DNA of 37,043 nt from Chiloscyllium plagiosum (lineage: Eukaryota), in NCBI RefSeq assembly GCF_004010195.1, contig NW_025214959.1, forward strand, positions 19,279-56,321, given 5' to 3'. Positions within the stretch are counted from its first letter, which is position 1, and every line of letters starts with the position of its first letter. The notes under the pieces were generated by a model. It did no database searches. It had not been told where the DNA came from and saw only the letters and a program-made list of their open reading frames with translations. Shown piece by piece: positions 19,401 to 35,309 of the stretch. The position numbers and the translations under genes were made by a program.

Positions 19401-22400
19401 GTCTCCCACACACACACACAGCTCTCCCGTCTCCCACACACACACACAGCTCTCCCGTCTCCCACACACACACACAGCTCTCCCGTCTCCCACACACACA
19501 CACAGCTCTCCCGTCTCCCACACACACACACAGCTCTCCCGTCTCCCACACACACACACAGCTCTCCCGTCTCCCACACACACACACAGCTCTCCCGTCT
19601 CCCACACACACACACAGCTCTCCCGTCTCCCACACACACACACAGCTCTCCCGTCTCCCACACACACACACAGCTCTCCCGTCTCCCACACACACACACA
19701 GCTCTCCCGTCTCCCACACACACACACAGCTCTCCCGTCTCCCACACACACACACAGCTCTCCCGTCTCCCACACACACACACAGCTCTCCCGTCTCCCA
19801 CACACACACACAGCTCTCCCGTCTCCCACACACACACACAGCTCTCCCGTCTCCCACACACACACACAGCTCTCCCGTCTCCCACACACACACACAGCTC
19901 TCCCGTCTCCCACACACACACACAGCTCTCCCGTCTCCCACACACACACACAGCTCTCCCGTCTCCCACACACACACACAGCTCTCCCGTCTCCCACACA
20001 CACACACAGCTCTCCCGTCTCCCACACACACACACAGCTCTCCCGTCTCCCACACACACACACAGCTCTCCCGTCTCCCACACACACACACAGCTCTCCC
20101 GTCTCCCACACACACACACAGCTCTCCCGTCTCCCACACACACACACAGCTCTCCCGTCTCCCACACACACACACAGCTCTCCCGTCTCCCACACACACA
20201 CACAGCTCTCCCGTCTCCCACACACACACACAGCTCTCCCGTCTCCCACACACACACACAGCTCTCCCGTCTCCCACACACACACACAGCTCTCCCGTCT
20301 CCCACACACACACACAGCTCTCCCGTCTCCCACACACACACACAGCTCTCCCGTCTCCCACACACACACACAGCTCTCCCGTCTCCCACACACACACACA
20401 GCTCTCCCGTCTCCCACACACACACACAGCTCTCCCGTCTCCCACACACACACACAGCTCTCCCGTCTCCCACACACACACACAGCTCTCCCGTCTCCCA
20501 CACACACACACAGCTCTCCCGTCTCCCACACACACACACAGCTCTCCCGTCTCCCACACACACACACAGCTCTCCCGTCTCCCACACACACACACAGCTC
20601 TCCCGTCTCCCACACACACACACAGCTCTCCCGTCTCCCACACACACACACAGCTCTCCCGTCTCCCACACACACACACAGCTCTCCCGTCTCCCACACA
20701 CACACACAGCTCTCCCGTCTCCCACACACACACACAGCTCTCCCGTCTCCCACACACACACACAGCTCTCCCGTCTCCCACACACACACACAGCTCTCCC
20801 GTCTCCCACACACACACACAGCTCTCCCGTCTCCCACACACACACACAGCTCTCCCGTCTCCCACACACACACACAGCTCTCCCGTCTCCCACACACACA
20901 CACAGCTCTCCCGTCTCCCACACACACACACAGCTCTCCCGTCTCCCACACACACACACAGCTCTCCCGTCTCCCACACACACACACAGCTCTCCCGTCT
21001 CCCACACACACACACAGCTCTCCCGTCTCCCACACACACACACAGCTCTCCCGTCTCCCACACACACACACAGCTCTCCCGTCTCCCACACACACACACA
21101 GCTCTCCCGTCTCCCACACACACACACAGCTCTCCCGTCTCCCACACACACACACAGCTCTCCCGTCTCCCACACACACACACAGCTCTCCCGTCTCCCA
21201 CACACACACACAGCTCTCCCGTCTCCCACACACACACACAGCTCTCCCGTCTCCCACACACACACACAGCTCTCCCGTCTCCCACACACACACACAGCTC
21301 TCCCGTCTCCCACACACACACACAGCTCTCCCGTCTCCCACACACACACACAGCTCTCCCGTCTCCCACACACACACACAGCTCTCCCGTCTCCCACACA
21401 CACACACAGCTCTCCCGTCTCCCACACACACACACAGCTCTCCCGTCTCCCACACACACACACAGCTCTCCCGTCTCCCACACACACACACAGCTCTCCC
21501 GTCTCCCACACACACACACAGCTCTCCCGTCTCCCACACACACACACAGCTCTCCCGTCTCCCACACACACACACAGCTCTCCCGTCTCCCACACACACA
21601 CACAGCTCTCCCGTCTCCCACACACACACACAGCTCTCCCGTCTCCCACACACACACACAGCTCTCCCGTCTCCCACACACACACACAGCTCTCCCGTCT
21701 CCCACACACACACACAGCTCTCCCGTCTCCCACACACACACACAGCTCTCCCGTCTCCCACACACACACACAGCTCTCCCGTCTCCCACACACACACACA
21801 GCTCTCCCGTCTCCCACACACACACACAGCTCTCCCGTCTCCCACACACACACACAGCTCTCCCGTCTCCCACACACACACACAGCTCTCCCGTCTCCCA
21901 CACACACACACAGCTCTCCCGTCTCCCACACACACACACAGCTCTCCCGTCTCCCACACACACACACAGCTCTCCCGTCTCCCACACACACACACAGCTC
22001 TCCCGTCTCCCACACACACACACAGCTCTCCCGTCTCCCACACACACACACAGCTCTCCCGTCTCCCACACACACACACAGCTCTCCCGTCTCCCACACA
22101 CACACACAGCTCTCCCGTCTCCCACACACACACACAGCTCTCCCGTCTCCCACACACACACACAGCTCTCCCGTCTCCCACACACACACACAGCTCTCCC
22201 GTCTCCCACACACACACACAGCTCTCCCGTCTCCCACACACACACACAGCTCTCCCGTCTCCCACACACACACACAGCTCTCCCGTCTCCCACACACACA
22301 CACAGCTCTCCCGTCTCCCACACACACACACAGCTCTCCCGTCTCCCACACACACACACAGCTCTCCCGTCTCCCACACACACACACAGCTCTCCCGTCT

Positions 22401-25400
22401 CCCACACACACACACAGCTCTCCCGTCTCCCACACACACACACAGCTCTCCCGTCTCCCACACACACACACAGCTCTCCCGTCTCCCACACACACACACA
22501 GCTCTCCCGTCTCCCACACACACACACAGCTCTCCCGTCTCCCACACACACACACAGCTCTCCCGTCTCCCACACACACACACAGCTCTCCCGTCTCCCA
22601 CACACACACACAGCTCTCCCGTCTCCCACACACACACACAGCTCTCCCGTCTCCCACACACACACACAGCTCTCCCGTCTCCCACACACACACACAGCTC
22701 TCCCGTCTCCCACACACACACACAGCTCTCCCGTCTCCCACACACACACACAGCTCTCCCGTCTCCCACACACACACACAGCTCTCCCGTCTCCCACACA
22801 CACACACAGCTCTCCCGTCTCCCACACACACACACAGCTCTCCCGTCTCCCACACACACACACAGCTCTCCCGTCTCCCACACACACACACAGCTCTCCC
22901 GTCTCCCACACACACACACAGCTCTCCCGTCTCCCACACACACACACAGCTCTCCCGTCTCCCACACACACACACAGCTCTCCCGTCTCCCACACACACA
23001 CACAGCTCTCCCGTCTCCCACACACACACACAGCTCTCCCGTCTCCCACACACACACACAGCTCTCCCGTCTCCCACACACACACACAGCTCTCCCGTCT
23101 CCCACACACACACACAGCTCTCCCGTCTCCCACACACACACACAGCTCTCCCGTCTCCCACACACACACACAGCTCTCCCGTCTCCCACACACACACACA
23201 GCTCTCCCGTCTCCCACACACACACACAGCTCTCCCGTCTCCCACACACACACACAGCTCTCCCGTCTCCCACACACACACACAGCTCTCCCGTCTCCCA
23301 CACACACACACAGCTCTCCCGTCTCCCACACACACACACAGCTCTCCCGTCTCCCACACACACACACAGCTCTCCCGTCTCCCACACACACACACAGCTC
23401 TCCCGTCTCCCACACACACACACAGCTCTCCCGTCTCCCACACACACACACAGCTCTCCCGTCTCCCACACACACACACAGCTCTCCCGTCTCCCACACA
23501 CACACACAGCTCTCCCGTCTCCCACACACACACACAGCTCTCCCGTCTCCCACACACACACACAGCTCTCCCGTCTCCCACACACACACACAGCTCTCCC
23601 GTCTCCCACACACACACACAGCTCTCCCGTCTCCCACACACACACACAGCTCTCCCGTCTCCCACACACACACACAGCTCTCCCGTCTCCCACACACACA
23701 CACAGCTCTCCCGTCTCCCACACACACACACAGCTCTCCCGTCTCCCACACACACACACAGCTCTCCCGTCTCCCACACACACACACAGCTCTCCCGTCT
23801 CCCACACACACACACAGCTCTCCCGTCTCCCACACACACACACAGCTCTCCCGTCTCCCACACACACACACAGCTCTCCCGTCTCCCACACACACACACA
23901 GCTCTCCCGTCTCCCACACACACACACAGCTCTCCCGTCTCCCACACACACACACAGCTCTCCCGTCTCCCACACACACACACAGCTCTCCCGTCTCCCA
24001 CACACACACACAGCTCTCCCGTCTCCCACACACACACACAGCTCTCCCGTCTCCCACACACACACACAGCTCTCCCGTCTCCCACACACACACACAGCTC
24101 TCCCGTCTCCCACACACACACACAGCTCTCCCGTCTCCCACACACACACACAGCTCTCCCGTCTCCCACACACACACACAGCTCTCCCGTCTCCCACACA
24201 CACACACAGCTCTCCCGTCTCCCACACACACACACAGCTCTCCCGTCTCCCACACACACACACAGCTCTCCCGTCTCCCACACACACACACAGCTCTCCC
24301 GTCTCCCACACACACACACAGCTCTCCCGTCTCCCACACACACACACAGCTCTCCCGTCTCCCACACACACACACAGCTCTCCCGTCTCCCACACACACA
24401 CACAGCTCTCCCGTCTCCCACACACACACACAGCTCTCCCGTCTCCCACACACACACACAGCTCTCCCGTCTCCCACACACACACACAGCTCTCCCGTCT
24501 CCCACACACACACACAGCTCTCCCGTCTCCCACACACACACACAGCTCTCCCGTCTCCCACACACACACACAGCTCTCCCGTCTCCCACACACACACACA
24601 GCTCTCCCGTCTCCCACACACACACACAGCTCTCCCGTCTCCCACACACACACACAGCTCTCCCGTCTCCCACACACACACACAGCTCTCCCGTCTCCCA
24701 CACACACACACAGCTCTCCCGTCTCCCACACACACACACAGCTCTCCCGTCTCCCACACACACACACAGCTCTCCCGTCTCCCACACACACACACAGCTC
24801 TCCCGTCTCCCACACACACACACAGCTCTCCCGTCTCCCACACACACACACAGCTCTCCCGTCTCCCACACACACACACAGCTCTCCCGTCTCCCACACA
24901 CACACACAGCTCTCCCGTCTCCCACACACACACACAGCTCTCCCGTCTCCCACACACACACACAGCTCTCCCGTCTCCCACACACACACACAGCTCTCCC
25001 GTCTCCCACACACACACACAGCTCTCCCGTCTCCCACACACACACACAGCTCTCCCGTCTCCCACACACACACACAGCTCTCCCGTCTCCCACACACACA
25101 CACAGCTCTCCCGTCTCCCACACACACACACAGCTCTCCCGTCTCCCACACACACACACAGCTCTCCCGTCTCCCACACACACACACAGCTCTCCCGTCT
25201 CCCACACACACACACAGCTCTCCCGTCTCCCACACACACACACAGCTCTCCCGTCTCCCACACACACACACAGCTCTCCCGTCTCCCACACACACACACA
25301 GCTCTCCCGTCTCCCACACACACACACAGCTCTCCCGTCTCCCACACACACACACAGCTCTCCCGTCTCCCACACACACACACAGCTCTCCCGTCTCCCA

Positions 25401-28400
25401 CACACACACACAGCTCTCCCGTCTCCCACACACACACACAGCTCTCCCGTCTCCCACACACACACACAGCTCTCCCGTCTCCCACACACACACACAGCTC
25501 TCCCGTCTCCCACACACACACACAGCTCTCCCGTCTCCCACACACACACACAGCTCTCCCGTCTCCCACACACACACACAGCTCTCCCGTCTCCCACACA
25601 CACACACAGCTCTCCCGTCTCCCACACACACACACAGCTCTCCCGTCTCCCACACACACACACAGCTCTCCCGTCTCCCACACACACACACAGCTCTCCC
25701 GTCTCCCACACACACACACAGCTCTCCCGTCTCCCACACACACACACAGCTCTCCCGTCTCCCACACACACACACAGCTCTCCCGTCTCCCACACACACA
25801 CACAGCTCTCCCGTCTCCCACACACACACACAGCTCTCCCGTCTCCCACACACACACACAGCTCTCCCGTCTCCCACACACACACACAGCTCTCCCGTCT
25901 CCCACACACACACACAGCTCTCCCGTCTCCCACACACACACACAGCTCTCCCGTCTCCCACACACACACACAGCTCTCCCGTCTCCCACACACACACACA
26001 GCTCTCCCGTCTCCCACACACACACACAGCTCTCCCGTCTCCCACACACACACACAGCTCTCCCGTCTCCCACACACACACACAGCTCTCCCGTCTCCCA
26101 CACACACACACAGCTCTCCCGTCTCCCACACACACACACAGCTCTCCCGTCTCCCACACACACACACAGCTCTCCCGTCTCCCACACACACACACAGCTC
26201 TCCCGTCTCCCACACACACACACAGCTCTCCCGTCTCCCACACACACACACAGCTCTCCCGTCTCCCACACACACACACAGCTCTCCCGTCTCCCACACA
26301 CACACACAGCTCTCCCGTCTCCCACACACACACACAGCTCTCCCGTCTCCCACACACACACACAGCTCTCCCGTCTCCCACACACACACACAGCTCTCCC
26401 GTCTCCCACACACACACACAGCTCTCCCGTCTCCCACACACACACACAGCTCTCCCGTCTCCCACACACACACACAGCTCTCCCGTCTCCCACACACACA
26501 CACAGCTCTCCCGTCTCCCACACACACACACAGCTCTCCCGTCTCCCACACACACACACAGCTCTCCCGTCTCCCACACACACACACAGCTCTCCCGTCT
26601 CCCACACACACACACAGCTCTCCCGTCTCCCACACACACACACAGCTCTCCCGTCTCCCACACACACACACAGCTCTCCCGTCTCCCACACACACACACA
26701 GCTCTCCCGTCTCCCACACACACACACAGCTCTCCCGTCTCCCACACACACACACAGCTCTCCCGTCTCCCACACACACACACAGCTCTCCCGTCTCCCA
26801 CACACACACACAGCTCTCCCGTCTCCCACACACACACACAGCTCTCCCGTCTCCCACACACACACACAGCTCTCCCGTCTCCCACACACACACACAGCTC
26901 TCCCGTCTCCCACACACACACACAGCTCTCCCGTCTCCCACACACACACACAGCTCTCCCGTCTCCCACACACACACACAGCTCTCCCGTCTCCCACACA
27001 CACACACAGCTCTCCCGTCTCCCACACACACACACAGCTCTCCCGTCTCCCACACACACACACAGCTCTCCCGTCTCCCACACACACACACAGCTCTCCC
27101 GTCTCCCACACACACACACAGCTCTCCCGTCTCCCACACACACACACAGCTCTCCCGTCTCCCACACACACACACAGCTCTCCCGTCTCCCACACACACA
27201 CACAGCTCTCCCGTCTCCCACACACACACACAGCTCTCCCGTCTCCCACACACACACACAGCTCTCCCGTCTCCCACACACACACACAGCTCTCCCGTCT
27301 CCCACACACACACACAGCTCTCCCGTCTCCCACACACACACACAGCTCTCCCGTCTCCCACACACACACACAGCTCTCCCGTCTCCCACACACACACACA
27401 GCTCTCCCGTCTCCCACACACACACACAGCTCTCCCGTCTCCCACACACACACACAGCTCTCCCGTCTCCCACACACACACACAGCTCTCCCGTCTCCCA
27501 CACACACACACAGCTCTCCCGTCTCCCACACACACACACAGCTCTCCCGTCTCCCACACACACACACAGCTCTCCCGTCTCCCACACACACACACAGCTC
27601 TCCCGTCTCCCACACACACACACAGCTCTCCCGTCTCCCACACACACACACAGCTCTCCCGTCTCCCACACACACACACAGCTCTCCCGTCTCCCACACA
27701 CACACACAGCTCTCCCGTCTCCCACACACACACACAGCTCTCCCGTCTCCCACACACACACACAGCTCTCCCGTCTCCCACACACACACACAGCTCTCCC
27801 GTCTCCCACACACACACACAGCTCTCCCGTCTCCCACACACACACACAGCTCTCCCGTCTCCCACACACACACACAGCTCTCCCGTCTCCCACACACACA
27901 CACAGCTCTCCCGTCTCCCACACACACACACAGCTCTCCCGTCTCCCACACACACACACAGCTCTCCCGTCTCCCACACACACACACAGCTCTCCCGTCT
28001 CCCACACACACACACAGCTCTCCCGTCTCCCACACACACACACAGCTCTCCCGTCTCCCACACACACACACAGCTCTCCCGTCTCCCACACACACACACA
28101 GCTCTCCCGTCTCCCACACACACACACAGCTCTCCCGTCTCCCACACACACACACAGCTCTCCCGTCTCCCACACACACACACAGCTCTCCCGTCTCCCA
28201 CACACACACACAGCTCTCCCGTCTCCCACACACACACACAGCTCTCCCGTCTCCCACACACACACACAGCTCTCCCGTCTCCCACACACACACACAGCTC
28301 TCCCGTCTCCCACACACACACACAGCTCTCCCGTCTCCCACACACACACACAGCTCTCCCGTCTCCCACACACACACACAGCTCTCCCGTCTCCCACACA

Positions 28401-31400
28401 CACACACAGCTCTCCCGTCTCCCACACACACACACAGCTCTCCCGTCTCCCACACACACACACAGCTCTCCCGTCTCCCACACACACACACAGCTCTCCC
28501 GTCTCCCACACACACACACAGCTCTCCCGTCTCCCACACACACACACAGCTCTCCCGTCTCCCACACACACACACAGCTCTCCCGTCTCCCACACACACA
28601 CACAGCTCTCCCGTCTCCCACACACACACACAGCTCTCCCGTCTCCCACACACACACACAGCTCTCCCGTCTCCCACACACACACACAGCTCTCCCGTCT
28701 CCCACACACACACACAGCTCTCCCGTCTCCCACACACACACACAGCTCTCCCGTCTCCCACACACACACACAGCTCTCCCGTCTCCCACACACACACACA
28801 GCTCTCCCGTCTCCCACACACACACACAGCTCTCCCGTCTCCCACACACACACACAGCTCTCCCGTCTCCCACACACACACACAGCTCTCCCGTCTCCCA
28901 CACACACACACAGCTCTCCCGTCTCCCACACACACACACAGCTCTCCCGTCTCCCACACACACACACAGCTCTCCCGTCTCCCACACACACACACAGCTC
29001 TCCCGTCTCCCACACACACACACAGCTCTCCCGTCTCCCACACACACACACAGCTCTCCCGTCTCCCACACACACACACAGCTCTCCCGTCTCCCACACA
29101 CACACACAGCTCTCCCGTCTCCCACACACACACACAGCTCTCCCGTCTCCCACACACACACACAGCTCTCCCGTCTCCCACACACACACACAGCTCTCCC
29201 GTCTCCCACACACACACACAGCTCTCCCGTCTCCCACACACACACACAGCTCTCCCGTCTCCCACACACACACACAGCTCTCCCGTCTCCCACACACACA
29301 CACAGCTCTCCCGTCTCCCACACACACACACAGCTCTCCCGTCTCCCACACACACACACAGCTCTCCCGTCTCCCACACACACACACAGCTCTCCCGTCT
29401 CCCACACACACACACAGCTCTCCCGTCTCCCACACACACACACAGCTCTCCCGTCTCCCACACACACACACAGCTCTCCCGTCTCCCACACACACACACA
29501 GCTCTCCCGTCTCCCACACACACACACAGCTCTCCCGTCTCCCACACACACACACAGCTCTCCCGTCTCCCACACACACACACAGCTCTCCCGTCTCCCA
29601 CACACACACACAGCTCTCCCGTCTCCCACACACACACACAGCTCTCCCGTCTCCCACACACACACACAGCTCTCCCGTCTCCCACACACACACACAGCTC
29701 TCCCGTCTCCCACACACACACACAGCTCTCCCGTCTCCCACACACACACACAGCTCTCCCGTCTCCCACACACACACACAGCTCTCCCGTCTCCCACACA
29801 CACACACAGCTCTCCCGTCTCCCACACACACACACAGCTCTCCCGTCTCCCACACACACACACAGCTCTCCCGTCTCCCACACACACACACAGCTCTCCC
29901 GTCTCCCACACACACACACAGCTCTCCCGTCTCCCACACACACACACAGCTCTCCCGTCTCCCACACACACACACAGCTCTCCCGTCTCCCACACACACA
30001 CACAGCTCTCCCGTCTCCCACACACACACACAGCTCTCCCGTCTCCCACACACACACACAGCTCTCCCGTCTCCCACACACACACACAGCTCTCCCGTCT
30101 CCCACACACACACACAGCTCTCCCGTCTCCCACACACACACACAGCTCTCCCGTCTCCCACACACACACACAGCTCTCCCGTCTCCCACACACACACACA
30201 GCTCTCCCGTCTCCCACACACACACACAGCTCTCCCGTCTCCCACACACACACACAGCTCTCCCGTCTCCCACACACACACACAGCTCTCCCGTCTCCCA
30301 CACACACACACAGCTCTCCCGTCTCCCACACACACACACAGCTCTCCCGTCTCCCACACACACACACAGCTCTCCCGTCTCCCACACACACACACAGCTC
30401 TCCCGTCTCCCACACACACACACAGCTCTCCCGTCTCCCACACACACACACAGCTCTCCCGTCTCCCACACACACACACAGCTCTCCCGTCTCCCACACA
30501 CACACACAGCTCTCCCGTCTCCCACACACACACACAGCTCTCCCGTCTCCCACACACACACACAGCTCTCCCGTCTCCCACACACACACACAGCTCTCCC
30601 GTCTCCCACACACACACACAGCTCTCCCGTCTCCCACACACACACACAGCTCTCCCGTCTCCCACACACACACACAGCTCTCCCGTCTCCCACACACACA
30701 CACAGCTCTCCCGTCTCCCACACACACACACAGCTCTCCCGTCTCCCACACACACACACAGCTCTCCCGTCTCCCACACACACACACAGCTCTCCCGTCT
30801 CCCACACACACACACAGCTCTCCCGTCTCCCACACACACACACAGCTCTCCCGTCTCCCACACACACACACAGCTCTCCCGTCTCCCACACACACACACA
30901 GCTCTCCCGTCTCCCACACACACACACAGCTCTCCCGTCTCCCACACACACACACAGCTCTCCCGTCTCCCACACACACACACAGCTCTCCCGTCTCCCA
31001 CACACACACACAGCTCTCCCGTCTCCCACACACACACACAGCTCTCCCGTCTCCCACACACACACACAGCTCTCCCGTCTCCCACACACACACACAGCTC
31101 TCCCGTCTCCCACACACACACACAGCTCTCCCGTCTCCCACACACACACACAGCTCTCCCGTCTCCCACACACACACACAGCTCTCCCGTCTCCCACACA
31201 CACACACAGCTCTCCCGTCTCCCACACACACACACAGCTCTCCCGTCTCCCACACACACACACAGCTCTCCCGTCTCCCACACACACACACAGCTCTCCC
31301 GTCTCCCACACACACACACAGCTCTCCCGTCTCCCACACACACACACAGCTCTCCCGTCTCCCACACACACACACAGCTCTCCCGTCTCCCACACACACA

Positions 31401-34400
31401 CACAGCTCTCCCGTCTCCCACACACACACACAGCTCTCCCGTCTCCCACACACACACACAGCTCTCCCGTCTCCCACACACACACACAGCTCTCCCGTCT
31501 CCCACACACACACACAGCTCTCCCGTCTCCCACACACACACACAGCTCTCCCGTCTCCCACACACACACACAGCTCTCCCGTCTCCCACACACACACACA
31601 GCTCTCCCGTCTCCCACACACACACACAGCTCTCCCGTCTCCCACACACACACACAGCTCTCCCGTCTCCCACACACACACACAGCTCTCCCGTCTCCCA
31701 CACACACACACAGCTCTCCCGTCTCCCACACACACACACAGCTCTCCCGTCTCCCACACACACACACAGCTCTCCCGTCTCCCACACACACACACAGCTC
31801 TCCCGTCTCCCACACACACACACAGCTCTCCCGTCTCCCACACACACACACAGCTCTCCCGTCTCCCACACACACACACAGCTCTCCCGTCTCCCACACA
31901 CACACACAGCTCTCCCGTCTCCCACACACACACACAGCTCTCCCGTCTCCCACACACACACACAGCTCTCCCGTCTCCCACACACACACACAGCTCTCCC
32001 GTCTCCCACACACACACACAGCTCTCCCGTCTCCCACACACACACACAGCTCTCCCGTCTCCCACACACACACACAGCTCTCCCGTCTCCCACACACACA
32101 CACAGCTCTCCCGTCTCCCACACACACACACAGCTCTCCCGTCTCCCACACACACACACAGCTCTCCCGTCTCCCACACACACACACAGCTCTCCCGTCT
32201 CCCACACACACACACAGCTCTCCCGTCTCCCACACACACACACAGCTCTCCCGTCTCCCACACACACACACAGCTCTCCCGTCTCCCACACACACACACA
32301 GCTCTCCCGTCTCCCACACACACACACAGCTCTCCCGTCTCCCACACACACACACAGCTCTCCCGTCTCCCACACACACACACAGCTCTCCCGTCTCCCA
32401 CACACACACACAGCTCTCCCGTCTCCCACACACACACACAGCTCTCCCGTCTCCCACACACACACACAGCTCTCCCGTCTCCCACACACACACACAGCTC
32501 TCCCGTCTCCCACACACACACACAGCTCTCCCGTCTCCCACACACACACACAGCTCTCCCGTCTCCCACACACACACACAGCTCTCCCGTCTCCCACACA
32601 CACACACAGCTCTCCCGTCTCCCACACACACACACAGCTCTCCCGTCTCCCACACACACACACAGCTCTCCCGTCTCCCACACACACACACAGCTCTCCC
32701 GTCTCCCACACACACACACAGCTCTCCCGTCTCCCACACACACACACAGCTCTCCCGTCTCCCACACACACACACAGCTCTCCCGTCTCCCACACACACA
32801 CACAGCTCTCCCGTCTCCCACACACACACACAGCTCTCCCGTCTCCCACACACACACACAGCTCTCCCGTCTCCCACACACACACACAGCTCTCCCGTCT
32901 CCCACACACACACACAGCTCTCCCGTCTCCCACACACACACACAGCTCTCCCGTCTCCCACACACACACACAGCTCTCCCGTCTCCCACACACACACACA
33001 GCTCTCCCGTCTCCCACACACACACACAGCTCTCCCGTCTCCCACACACACACACAGCTCTCCCGTCTCCCACACACACACACAGCTCTCCCGTCTCCCA
33101 CACACACACACAGCTCTCCCGTCTCCCACACACACACACAGCTCTCCCGTCTCCCACACACACACACAGCTCTCCCGTCTCCCACACACACACACAGCTC
33201 TCCCGTCTCCCACACACACACACAGCTCTCCCGTCTCCCACACACACACACAGCTCTCCCGTCTCCCACACACACACACAGCTCTCCCGTCTCCCACACA
33301 CACACACAGCTCTCCCGTCTCCCACACACACACACAGCTCTCCCGTCTCCCACACACACACACAGCTCTCCCGTCTCCCACACACACACACAGCTCTCCC
33401 GTCTCCCACACACACACACAGCTCTCCCGTCTCCCACACACACACACAGCTCTCCCGTCTCCCACACACACACACAGCTCTCCCGTCTCCCACACACACA
33501 CACAGCTCTCCCGTCTCCCACACACACACACAGCTCTCCCGTCTCCCACACACACACACAGCTCTCCCGTCTCCCACACACACACACAGCTCTCCCGTCT
33601 CCCACACACACACACAGCTCTCCCGTCTCCCACACACACACACAGCTCTCCCGTCTCCCACACACACACACAGCTCTCCCGTCTCCCACACACACACACA
33701 GCTCTCCCGTCTCCCACACACACACACAGCTCTCCCGTCTCCCACACACACACACAGCTCTCCCGTCTCCCACACACACACACAGCTCTCCCGTCTCCCA
33801 CACACACACACAGCTCTCCCGTCTCCCACACACACACACAGCTCTCCCGTCTCCCACACACACACACAGCTCTCCCGTCTCCCACACACACACACAGCTC
33901 TCCCGTCTCCCACACACACACACAGCTCTCCCGTCTCCCACACACACACACAGCTCTCCCGTCTCCCACACACACACACAGCTCTCCCGTCTCCCACACA
34001 CACACACAGCTCTCCCGTCTCCCACACACACACACAGCTCTCCCGTCTCCCACACACACACACAGCTCTCCCGTCTCCCACACACACACACAGCTCTCCC
34101 GTCTCCCACACACACACACAGCTCTCCCGTCTCCCACACACACACACAGCTCTCCCGTCTCCCACACACACACACAGCTCTCCCGTCTCCCACACACACA
34201 CACAGCTCTCCCGTCTCCCACACACACACACAGCTCTCCCGTCTCCCACACACACACACAGCTCTCCCGTCTCCCACACACACACACAGCTCTCCCGTCT
34301 CCCACACACACACACAGCTCTCCCGTCTCCCACACACACACACAGCTCTCCCGTCTCCCACACACACACACAGCTCTCCCGTCTCCCACACACACACACA

Positions 34401-35309
34401 GCTCTCCCGTCTCCCACACACACACACAGCTCTCCCGTCTCCCACACACACACACAGCTCTCCCGTCTCCCACACACACACACAGCTCTCCCGTCTCCCA
34501 CACACACACACAGCTCTCCCGTCTCCCACACACACACACAGCTCTCCCGTCTCCCACACACACACACAGCTCTCCCGTCTCCCACACACACACACAGCTC
34601 TCCCGTCTCCCACACACACACACAGCTCTCCCGTCTCCCACACACACACACAGCTCTCCCGTCTCCCACACACACACACAGCTCTCCCGTCTCCCACACA
34701 CACACACAGCTCTCCCGTCTCCCACACACACACACAGCTCTCCCGTCTCCCACACACACACACAGCTCTCCCGTCTCCCACACACACACACAGCTCTCCC
34801 GTCTCCCACACACACACACAGCTCTCCCGTCTCCCACACACACACACAGCTCTCCCGTCTCCCACACACACACACAGCTCTCCCGTCTCCCACACACACA
34901 CACAGCTCTCCCGTCTCCCACACACACACACAGCTCTCCCGTCTCCCACACACACACACAGCTCTCCCGTCTCCCACACACACACACAGCTCTCCCGTCT
35001 CCCACACACACACACAGCTCTCCCGTCTCCCACACACACACACAGCTCTCCCGTCTCCCACACACACACACAGCTCTCCCGTCTCCCACACACACACACA
35101 GCTCTCCCGTCTCCCACACACACACACAGCTCTCCCGTCTCCCACACACACACACAGCTCTCCCGTCTCCCACACACACACACAGCTCTCCCGTCTCCCA
35201 CACACACACACAGCTCTCCCGTCTCCCACACACACACACAGCTCTCCCGTCTCCCACACACACACACAGCTCTCCCGTCTCCCACACACACACACAGCTC
35301 TCCCGTCTC
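13429..35309. repeat. Minisatellite block B: 781 x 28-bp GCTCTCCCGTCTCC(CA)7 plus a 13-bp partial unit
   Basis: (35297-13429)/28 = 781 exactly. The 420-nt line pattern and the ORF translations look invariant throughout. Confidence 0.98.

Noticed and set aside
12919..35309. CRISPR-like repeat-spacer appearance (14-bp constant part plus CA spacer)
   Set aside because: The spacers are identical CA runs rather than unique sequences, there are no cas genes, and the locus is eukaryotic.
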